Numbered from the stretch's first letter, positions 1 to 8,966 are shown. The stretch: DNA of 9,691 nucleotides from Rotaria sordida (GCA_905250005.1 CAJNOH010000455.1:49238-58928); one strand, 5' to 3'. Program-made: numbers and translations. The notes: generated by a model from the letters alone, not told the origin.

Positions 1-6
1 CATCGT

Positions 7-246
7 CTAATGATACTGAGCAATATACGCGATATAATGAAAACAATAATGAGCTGAATAATTGTTAAGATCAGAACAGGAACTCTTTTTTGGTCGTGAT
101 ACTTCAATAGACGGAAATGATAAATGTCTTGTCAATGAGCCGAATGAAACAGAAGTTTTCTTTCCAGTGATTGGTTGATCTGATTGTGTTTTAGAAAATC
201 GTCTAGTTTTATGCCATCGGTTCCGTAGAAATCCATGTATCAGTAA
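7..246 (-). CDS. Possible terminal exon (C-terminal tail) of a gene; only an open frame is seen
   Basis: The minus strand is open for ~80 codons to TAG at 9..7: LLIHGFLRNRWHKTRRFSKTQSDQPITGKKTSVSFGSLTRHLSFPSIEVSRPKKSSCSDLNNYSAHYCFHYIAYIAQYH*. It has no ATG, so it is absent from the ORF track. No clear acceptor was identified and two stops lie just upstream (near 247-255). Confidence 0.2.
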   Translation of the reverse strand, partial: LLIHGFLRNRWHKTRRFSKTQSDQPITGKKTSVSFGSLTRHLSFPSIEVSRPKKSSCSDLNNYSAHYCFHYIAYIAQYH

Positions 247-2348
247 TCATTTTCAAGCGATTTGATAGATCATTAATTTGACTAACTTTAAATTACCAAT
301 CCAAAAAAGTATTCGTGATTTGGTACATTCATGTTCAGGCGAAAGAAACATTCTGAACCTCTCATTCGAATATACATGAGTATTGAAGAAGTCGAATCGA
401 CCAAACTACCTGGGATTCTTCTTGAATATGGGCCGAGTTTTGTTAGGTGTAGAGTTTGCTATTTCTAATTCGTATTTTCTGCCAAATATTACTGTATATT
501 TTTTGTGTTTAACAGATCAAATGATTGCTGTTATAGATTCAACAGCGGAGGAGATTTATTTGTTTATGCATTTTGATTGATGGGTTATTGTGTTGTGTTT
601 GCATGGATATAAATTAAAATCCGCTCTCGACCTTCCCTATGTATATAAGAATAGATAGTTTCATTTAAAGTTATATAAAAATGAATACGAACGATGTTTC
701 ATATAAACAAGGGCAAATTGAAGTGGTATTAATAATCTCATGGATTAATTACAATGAACAATAAAGTCCTGTACAGTTTGACTGTTATTATTACATATGT
801 TGAAGATCTTGGAGGGAGCAACAGTTACAGTCATCTGTTACGGAAAAGTATCTGTGAATCTTAAAAAACTCAACTTCCACCTAAAATCTGTTTGATTGAA
901 TTATTCTCGATATAGAAAACTATTTCCAGTACTTTTTCAGCTTTTATACAACAGTGCGAAGAATTGTTTCCACGTCAATGCTTCATCTCGCAGAGCAAGG
1001 GATGTGTTCGTGTAGTTCAAAGGAAACAGAAGGTATATAGCACATTTGAATCACATCTTTCATCAATCTCTTCATAATGAACACGATTATCAATAAAATC
1101 TCTCTTTCTCAAATACTGTAATGAATTCGTATAAGCAATATATATTCCCAGACAAGTTTTTACAGAAGAAGATAATCACATTGTTTCATAACAAGTAAAC
1201 TCTTTTGTCTTCGTCACTCGTAAGCTTATGGCAATGTGTTATTATCTCGAAACAGGATGTGATATACCTATAGTACACTAGTCATATCTTATGAGGTTAA
1301 TGCTACGTATTCCACAATTCTTACGAATGTATGGAAATCAATTTATTGTGTATGAATAGTTATGATAGCAAGGTGAACGACTATCAGAGTAGCAGATAGA
1401 CACAAGTGCATTCCATGTTATTTTTCTAGATGTCAAAAAAACGTGTCGATACTTTTGGAACTTTCTACTATGATCTTCGGAGTCAATCTATGAGTTTTAT
1501 ATTTTACTCTTGGTAAAGACAAGGCTAACACGCTCTTCATTCATACAACAATTTGTATCGATTTCTATATTCATATTTGAACATTATATCGTCTCAGAAA
1601 TTTTGTTATTCTTCTATTATTCACAAAAAAACTCCTTTATACATGATTGTCATCATATAGAAATCATCTACAAAACAAGATTGAATAAGAACTTGATCAT
1701 TTTTCTATGATACTAATAATTAATAATTTTTCAGTCTCGTGCCGATCAATTATTCTACTAATCGAAGTTTGGTTTCATGATTTTGCACAAAGTCACTCTT
1801 ACGGTTCACAATTCATTTGGAACAATTCTCGCTGCTATTGATCAATCTATTCTCAATTTTAATATCGTACTTCGAAAGAGACACATATCAAAGAAAGTCT
1901 TTAAATTATTTATCTTTGCAGTCGGAAAAAAATCCAAATCTGTTTACTAGAAAAAGCTTTTTTTTATTGTACATGTCCAATCCTTCAGTGGATGGAGGTC
2001 AGACAACAAGGTATATTCACGGTCATCTGTCTCTGTTCTACACGAGTTCGTCTTTGAACATAAGTTACATTTATGACAATACATCGGATATGTAAGTAGA
2101 TGTTATCGTTACCATATTCGGAGTTATACGAAAATGGTAAATTTTTAGAAATAGATACGTAATAGATAAATATTGGTCCATTAACCTTCTGATTCGCGAA
2201 AGTGATTAGGAAGATTTTGGATAATTTCAATCGAAGGCTCTCTCAAATGATCTCTCTCTTGTTTCATAATACCACATGAAATAAAATAAAATTGAAACTC
2301 TAGATCTTAAATATGGACTTCTGTTAGATTTCAATTCGATTTTGACGG

Positions 2349-2360
2349 TGTGGGTGTGGG
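2349..2360 (+). repeat. Two tandem TGTGGG units (telomere-like motif)
   Basis: GACGGTGTGGGTGTGGGGTAGGTGTGAC contains (TGTGGG)x2. Confidence 0.4.
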
Positions 2361-2794
2361 GTAGGTGTGACTCTTCTCTTGATAAACACCCATCGAAATG
2401 TACACGTACATAATGAGCATTTCTCGAAGTTCTATATAATGTATGCATTCACACAGGCCTTTCAGAAGTTTTTTCAGAAAAAAATCCTCTAATAAAAAAG
2501 TATATGGACGGATAAATTCTGTTAGAGTTATATTAGTTCATTTCTCTTATAAATCGACAGTAGACTTAAAAACGCATACTGCAAATATAGTAAACAAGAG
2601 AGCCAGTTTGCTTTTTCTTAATATAAAAGCAGATCAATGTGGATTGAGTTGTATTGTTTCTATAAAGTACATGTCAGAATAGATGAATGTGAATGTGGGT
2701 GGATGATTGTCGTTGTTTGGTAAGGTTGTGTGCATGTGTATGTATTAAGTACATATCTATAAATGGATGTTGATCACTAGAAAAGCATCTAATA

Positions 2795-2812
2795 CCCACA
2801 CCCACACCTACA
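2795..2812 (-). repeat. TGTAGG + two TGTGGG units on the minus strand (telomere-like motif)
   Basis: Plus strand CCCACACCCACACCTACA; minus strand reads TGTAGGTGTGGGTGTGGG, inverted relative to 2349..2360. Confidence 0.4.
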
Positions 2813-3247
2813 TGAACATCATCTTCATACTACGTAACCATGGTATTGGTCTCACTAGTAACTTTGATTGATCACGCAAACAGAATTATACCAATATAAG
2901 CTTAGAGTGTAAAATCGAATATTTGTTTTCATTGCGACAAAATAATCAAAATTCAGAATTTGTCAACCATAATTTTCCTCTAAAATTGTTTAAAGCAATA
3001 CTCATTATCTTTAGCAAAGAAAAAAAATACAAACGATATGACAATAGAAAGAAATCGAAACATATTTTGATATAATTCTCTAATCATATTATTCGTTTAT
3101 AGAGAATAATTACAAAGGCAAATGTCTTTTTTATTTGGACAGCATGAAAAAGTTCATTTGTCGAAACCATAAGAGCACGATGAAGAGAAAAGAAATAAAA
3201 GCAATAAGCAATTGTTAGTACAAACACTCACACAAACTCTAACAGCC

Positions 3248-5495
3248 ATGCGAACAAATAAGATATCTTCTATCAAAGCTAATCAGAAGGCAAAATTCAT
3301 CAAAACCAATACAAAAGCAATTCGTGATGTGCCATCAAAAACCAAACGATCATCGTACGATTATTGTTGAACGAATCGACTCTCGAATGATTCTTTTTCT
3401 TGTTCATTTATCTAGTCGTCGTCGCTCCAATCTACTGAAAGCAGTTTCACTCATTCTCTGTGTAGCGATTACTGCAGCAGCCGGCGCAATCATTCCTGCT
3501 ATTGTCGCATCTACAATTCAGCAAACTACGACATCGACCATGACGACAGGAGGTCAATACTTTCCTAATTATATTTTTCTTTCTCACATTCAAAAAGTTT
3601 TGCAGTGACATCAGCAATCGGATCAAATAATACAACGGTACATGAAAAGATATTCATCGCGTTTTTTTTTTGTCGAAAAGTTGCTCTTTTCTTTATAGCT
3701 ATCAAATATATCAAGCAGCAATTCTTCTACAAGTTTTACAAGCTCCACTAGTTCTACAAGTTCTACAACTACTGTAAGTTCTTCTAGGGAGGATCTGATG
3801 ACAATAAAATTGAGAGGAGATCGACTGTTGTTCAAGAAATTATCGGATGTGGGTGTTGCATGGTCTTTTACTAATCCATACTTGCACCCAGATCCATTCA
3901 CACAGATGCAGGCAAAACTCACATTCACACTCCTTAAATTATAATAGTAGTGCTGTTTTGAAATTTTCTTTTGTTCTTTACACACGATTAAACTGATTTT
4001 TTCAGTGAAATATTCTGTATTATATTCTCTACGCAATATGTATTGATGGCTTTATCCTGAAAGTCAAATATGGAAAATTTAACGTATTTTCTCATACAGC
4101 TTAATTTCTCGAATGGCTGCACAAGCGTTAGACCATAGTATCAAAGTTCTCTTTCTCATCATATAGTAAGGAAATTCTTTCAATTAATATATCTGATGTA
4201 AAACTAATCTTCTCAGCCGTCGGACACAAAGTAGAAAGATTTTAACCTTACTTAGTACGATAAAAGACAAGGGATAATTTTTTCGAGTCGATTTCAAACA
4301 TGAGATCATTTGTTGTGAAACAAACGAAATCAAAGTAAATTGCTAAAGTTTCACTGATTTTAGATTGTTTTATTGAAAGACTCTGTTATTAAGAAGTCTC
4401 AATTTTTTTTGGAGAGTAAGCAAAAATAACCAGAACCTTATCTCCTTAATTGTAGATCAAATTCTTTTAATCATAAGTGAAAAGCAGAGTTTTTCCAAGT
4501 CTGAGCGATGAACACTTCAATTTTTTTCCTGCCATAGACTTCTAGTAAATGATATCATTAAACTTATTTGTTTCATTATTTTTTTTCTTTTGCTTTACAT
4601 AGTGTTTCATAGTATTTTTGAGATTTGCGTTGGATAATAAAATAATCAGTGCACGTTGCATGCAGTTTAAAAGTAAGATTTCCATAGGATAGACTGCATT
4701 TTTTTTAACGGGGAAGAGGCGACTAAGCTGTCAAAAATCGGAAATTTTCATTGAATGAAATATTTTCACTTAGTACGGTTTGAGAAATGTTTTCCTAAAG
4801 ATGAGGATAGAGCACCTTAGCCTTTGTCTTCGGTACGTTTCTGACTTATTGGAAAAACATAGATAAAAAAAGGAACTCAACCAAGAGCAATAAAACTAAA
4901 TTTATTTATAACCAGTCTATGACCTATTCGAGAAAAGTATACCTTTTGACTGCCATGATTCTCAAAAAGTAAATTGTGAAACATAGTGCTCGGAAAGTTT
5001 TCAAAATACTTAAATATTTGACTGGGTATTAATGGATATTTTGTGAAATATAACGATGGAACGCATAATTTATTCTAGACTAGTTCAACTACCACAGCTT
5101 GTCCCATAAATGTCTGTACTTATTCGACCTGGTATACATTGACAGCGTCGGGCTACTACGGTGTCGAACATGTTGATATCAATTGTACTCAAACTCTGTC
5201 AAATTTTACTGGACAAATCGTTGTTCAACGTAATTTGGGTGCTACTTTTGCCAAACACTACACTACATTCTGGAATACTACTGTAAATCAGACACATACC
5301 GATACGGTCTCAGAAATTACCTACTTGTGGACAATTATTCCTGGACAAATAATTACAGGTAGTGGATTTCCATATTATATTGAAGCACAATTTGACTTGA
5401 CAGGCCACAATCAAACGGTCAGCGGTGATACGTATTCACTTGTCATCGTAGATGCATGTAACGGTCAAACACTGACCCAAACGGGACATTTTTAA
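3248..5495 (+). CDS. Spliced gene, join(3248..3354,3416..3552,3606..3637,3699..3773,5079..5495); predicted single-pass (type II-like) membrane protein with Ser/Thr-rich stalk and small Cys-containing, N-glycosylated ectodomain; function unknown
   Basis: Manual reconstruction. Exon lengths 107+137+32+75+417=768 nt (256 codons including TAA). Introns 3355..3415 (GTACGA...TCTAG), 3553..3605 (GTCAAT...TTGCAG), 3638..3698 (GTACAT...TTATAG) and 3774..5078 (GTAAGT...TTCTAG) are all GT-AG with compatible phases (2,1,0,0). Protein: MRTNKISSIKANQKAKFIKTNTKAIRDVPSKTKRSSRRRSNLLKAVSLILCVAITAAAGAIIPAIVASTIQQTTTSTMTTGVTSAIGSNNTTLSNISSSNSSTSFTSSTSSTSSTTT/TSSTTTACPINVCTYSTWYTLTASGYYGVEHVDINCTQTLSNFTGQIVVQRNLGATFAKHYTTFWNTTVNQTHTDTVSEITYLWTIIPGQIITGSGFPYYIEAQFDLTGHNQTVSGDTYSLVIVDACNGQTLTQTGHF*. 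The Ser/Thr stalk continues directly across the long intron. The predicted ectodomain has 4 Cys and 5 N-X-S/T sites. Confidence 0.72.
3774..5078 (+). other. Long intron (about 1305 bp) of the 3248..5495 gene
   Basis: Strong GTAAGT donor after ...TCTACAACTACT, acceptor TTTATTCTAG before ACTAGTTCAACTACCACAGCT. It is phase 0 and joins two halves of one Ser/Thr-rich stalk. The other introns of the gene are 53-61 bp. Confidence 0.6.
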
Positions 5496-5558
5496 GAGAA
5501 AATTTTTATCAAAAAATTTATGAACTATAAAATAATCCATAGTTTGGAAAAGAAATCA

Positions 5559-5564
5559 AATAAA
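5559..5564 (+). promoter_or_regulatory. Candidate polyadenylation signal AATAAA
   Basis: AATAAA about 64 nt after the TAA stop at 5493..5495, in AT-rich sequence. Confidence 0.4.
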
Positions 5565-5864
5565 TTATTTTTGTGCTACTCTTGTTTTCGCTCTTCTATG
5601 CCGAAGTTGTGATCATTGTTTTGTTGCATTGTTGTAAGAGAATTGATTGTATTTAAGATTCTATTTAGCTAAATGATTAAAAGTATAGCGAGTTGATCCT
5701 AATTCTCTCACAAAAATTTAATTTTCGACAGTTCATCTATATAGTTCGATTAGATAACAGTGTGTTGAGCTGATTTTCAGTTGTAACATTGAGAAAATAT
5801 TTCTGCGTCAATCAATAATTCTGTATACGGTTGATCATTAAAGAAGAAATCATTGTATATTTTA

Positions 5865-6081
5865 TGAGAACCGTAAAAAGACGACTAGATGTATATCTTT
5901 TCATTTGTCTTGTTTTCTTAATGTCGCAATCACTATAGGTTTTCTTCGTTATTATTCAACGCATATGTTAAACGACATGTCTCTCACCAAATAATACAAC
6001 TTGATGAAATGCACGTTGAAGAAGAGAAATGTTTTTCTTTCGCAAAAAAATATGCATTGATTTGTGTTTTTACGGTTCTCA
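5865..6081. repeat. Inverted-repeat pair, 15 bp, spanning ~217 bp; possible degenerate MITE
   Basis: TGAGAACCGTAAAAA (5865..5879) and its exact reverse complement TTTTTACGGTTCTCA (6067..6081). There is weaker inner symmetry (GATGTATATCTTTT versus rc of AAAAAAATATGCATT). Confidence 0.45.
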
Positions 6082-6621
6082 CAAACTACAGTATGAATTT
6101 TTAATGATCAATTGCATACCTAATTAATGCACAAATTAGTCCTTTTTGATAGGCAAACAATAAATGGCTTCGAACAGCTTTTGACAAATCAAGAGTGCAC
6201 AAGTATATAAAATGTACTTTCTAAAAAGCTGTCTTAATATCTTCCTAATGTTGCTAGTAATAATTAGTCACGCATAAACATCATCATTACTAACTAGGTT
6301 TCTTGTCTTTTCTTTCATCAAACGATTGGTTGTATCTGTTAAGAATGGATGATGATTGGGAAACATGAAGTATTTGCTTCGTTTCTTGTCAAAGAAGCGT
6401 AGATTTTAAACAGAACCATTGTTGAAATAGCATATTTTGAACAAAAAGAAAATGAATACGAATAGGAAAGAACCGAAATTTAAATCCATCGGATAGTGGA
6501 GAACAGAAAGAAAAAACTAAAATCATATGAATGAAAATTTGCATCTGTCCCAATAAAAATTCTGATCGAGTAAAATTTCATTTTCACAACCGATAGAATA
6601 TATGTACTAAAAGGGTAAATT

Positions 6622-7228
6622 CGTGGAATTTCTACCACTTTGTGGAAGAAAGGCGTTCTGTGCTAATGTTCTGAAAGACAGTTTCTTTTTCGATTTTAAT
6701 AGTCTAGTTAGACGAGTCATAGTCGAAAATGATCTGTGGTAATAATTAAAACCTCTTTGAACATATAAATGGTATCTCATGATGACTGACGATAAATGAT
6801 TAATTATATTTTTCATACTTTTTCTTGACATAGAGAACTAAAATTTCTATCACATACATATCTGACGAAAGTTTCAGCTGTCTAGTTAAAGCTAGTGATG
6901 AAATACATCAATTTTCGTACTCGATTCTTGCATATTTAAAATCGAGTACGAAAATTGATGTATTTTATCACTGGCTTTAACTAGACAGCTGAAACTTTCA
7001 GAGATATTGATTAGATATATATATGATAAAAATTTCAGCTCTCTGTGTCAAAAAGAAGTATGAAAAATATGATTAATCATTTATCATCAGTCATCATGAG
7101 ATACCATTTATATGTTCAAAAAGGTTTTAATTGTTACCTCAGATCATTTTCGACTATGACTCATCTAAACTAGCCTATGAAAATAAAAAAGGAATTTTTT
7201 TTTCCACAAAAGTGGTAAAAACTCTACA
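6622..7228. repeat. Large imperfect palindrome / foldback (MITE-like) element
   Basis: Perfect 26-nt inner arms AAATACATCAATTTTCGTACTCGATT (6901..6926) and AATCGAGTACGAAAATTGATGTATTT (6940..6965). These extend to 60-nt arms (6867..6926 / 6940..6999) with two mismatches. Symmetry continues outward: CTAGTTAGACGAGTCATAGTCGAAAATGATCTG... at 6704 pairs with ...CAGATCATTTTCGACTATGACTCATCTAAACTAG ending at 7173. The outermost pairing is GTGGAATTTCTACCACTTTGTGGAA against TTCCACAAAAGTGGTAAAAACTCTAC. Confidence 0.85.
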
Positions 7229-7528
7229 GATTCACTCAAAAACGACTTTGGTAATTAACAAATAAAAAACAATTTGTTTACTTTGATCAATATCCATTAA
7301 AAAATCACATTGAAAGCTCTAGAACTCTGTGAAAGTTTCAGAAATCAGTGACGACTGCAAAATCTGAAATTTATGTTCTTCATTTACTATGATAATAAAT
7401 AGAAATTTTCAGGTAGGTAAATTAGAATCATTTTGATTCTATAAGAGAAGACGTCAAAACACTTTCATTATTTCTTACTCATAGGAGATTGATTTCTAAG
7501 ACTTTTTATTTAATTAGTTGATTCGATG

Positions 7529-8501
7529 ATTTCTCTTACATCTGTATTCAATCAAGTCTGTTTCAGTCCATTTGTAAATGATGTTTGAGTCATATTATTG
7601 GGAGAAAGTAGAAATATAACAGTTTTTTCTTCATATGATTTCCGTACTGTTGTTCTATTACAATTTCAATAGCTTCGTTCCTCTTATCGACTTACTCTCT
7701 CATTATCAAACGATACCGTAGCAGATTTTCTCGAACGTAAATTTATCACTTCTCAAGTTCTTTCACAAACTCAAATTATCTCTCAATCATCTTCATTAAT
7801 CGTCCAATTTCAATGGAATACACTAGAAACATTCATTCGAATACTGAAATTCATTCATCGAATGATTCAAGATAATGCCATCATATCAGCACTCCGTACA
7901 AACTGGGATTTTGTGATTACAAACGATATATTTCCATATTCAACAACATTTGTTAATCCAATCATTTATCAATAGAATTCTTCATGCAGTAGCCAATTAA
8001 CTTGCCAACAAGCAGCAACTGATCAATATCTGAACAGCAAAGAATCAGTCGTTATTTTAGGTTTCAAAGTCGATTGTTATGCGACTAGTACTTTACTGGA
8101 ATGAACACTTGAATATCTTTATAACTTAGCATGTATTAAGCTTCTTCAAAGCATTCATTCGCATGGCATGATTCCCAATGAATATCAATTCACGACACTT
8201 AACTCCTCAATCTCGAGTCATTTTCCACTGAATGCTACTGTTTAGATTCCTCTCAACGAATTACTAATCGAAAGTTGGTCACCTAATGTATCATACTCAA
8301 ATTACTATGAACAATATTTACTATCTACTATCTACTTGCACATATACATATGAAGATCGACTCAATTTCTTCGGTACCTTAATACGTCTTATTAGTCTCC
8401 ACGGTGGTCTAACTAGTTCACTTCGAGTTCTGATTTCATTCAGTGTCAGGGCTTTCAGAGCTCTATTTTGTTACCATCATCAGATATCCATTTACTTGTG
8501 A
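7529..8501 (+). pseudogene. Decayed gene fragment resembling the C-terminal part of a multicopy bdelloid membrane-protein family (Cys-rich ectodomain, ...YY..C.P..CTYTY..R... motif, then TM segment)
   Basis: A single frame reads ISLTSVFNQVCFSPFVNDV*VILLGESRNITVFSSYDFRTVVLLQFQ*LRSSYRLTLSLSNDTVADFLERKFITSQVLSQTQIISQSSSLIVQFQWNTLETFIRILKFIHRMIQDNAIISALRTNWDFVITNDIFPYSTTFVNPIIYQ*NSSCSSQLTCQQAATDQYLNSKESVVILGFKVDCYATSTLLE*TLEYLYNLACIKLLQSIHSHGMIPNEYQFTTLNSSISSHFPLNATV*IPLNELLIESWSPNVSYSNYYEQYLL. After a frameshift it continues STCTYTYEDRLNFFGTLIRLISLHGGLTSSLRVLISFSVRAFRALFCYHHQISIYL*. Stops are at 7586, 7670, 7973, 8102 and 8243, all in the same frame. Family assignment is from memory, not from a search. 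Confidence 0.65.
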
Positions 8502-8938
8502 AGGCCATGGAAATTAGTAACAAGCCATCAATTTCAGGCATATGCATTGAAGAGACAAAATTTATAATCCTTTGATTGATGACTAAATTATAGAAAATCT
8601 ATGAAAAGTGTGGGTGTCGACGCGAATTTTCTCTTTGTTCAAATAATCGCCTACAGTTGTAATGTTTCTCAATAATAGGAAACTGATAGCTATCAAACAA
8701 CGACAACAACATGATATTAAATGATATTGACGTATGTAGCTGTTTTTCAAAAAAACATGTATTCATAAATTTCATAACTGACCCTATAGGATTCATTTAT
8801 TGCACGGCTCGATAGCTAAACAATACAGTTGAAAGTTACTAAAAACATGACATCACTTCATTAAAGTTATGCGATGGACTTTTATTACCAACTTCAAAAA
8901 ATAAAAGTTGTTACCATGCAACATTTACAATATTAACA

Positions 8939-8966
8939 GTGCGACCTTAGGAGACATATGTCGCAC
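8939..8966. repeat. Short hairpin
   Basis: GTGCGAC (8939..8945) and GTCGCAC (8960..8966) form a 7-bp GC-rich stem around a 14-nt loop in otherwise AT-rich DNA. Confidence 0.35.

Noticed and set aside
383-580. 65-aa ORF MKKSNRPNYLG...
   Set aside because: Short, no recognisable motif or exon context; compatible with a chance ORF in AT-rich DNA.
1510-2095. ORFs 1510..1710 and 1817..2095
   Set aside because: Low-complexity Phe/Ile/Leu-rich or unremarkable sequence with non-ATG starts; no supporting splice structure found.
1985-2682. ORFs 1985..2230(-), 2227..2448(-), 2443..2682(+)
   Set aside because: Overlapping short ORFs on both strands without recognised motifs; treated as chance.
3324-3608. 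Track ORF as a stand-alone 94-aa protein
   Set aside because: Its start (GTG/ATG) lies upstream of a good intron acceptor at 3415 and its end runs through a 53-bp intron; the spliced model gives better phase and architecture.
3623-4036. 137-aa minus-strand ORF (the longest in the track) with ELVELVELVKLVEEL repeats
   Set aside because: It is antisense to the Ser/Thr stalk exon (TCTACAAGT-type repeats); the Leu/Val/Glu repeat is a by-product of the stalk codons. It also spans intron sequence of the sense gene.
3774-5078. Coding content of a transposon (RT, transposase) inside the long intron
   Set aside because: No sustained open frame or recognisable catalytic motif found in the six-frame track or by eye.
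6607-6831. 74-aa minus-strand ORF
   Set aside because: Lies inside the left arm of the large palindrome; the symmetrical arm does not keep the frame, so it is not evidence of a gene.
8599-8796. 65-aa minus-strand ORF
   Set aside because: Short, no motif, no exon context.
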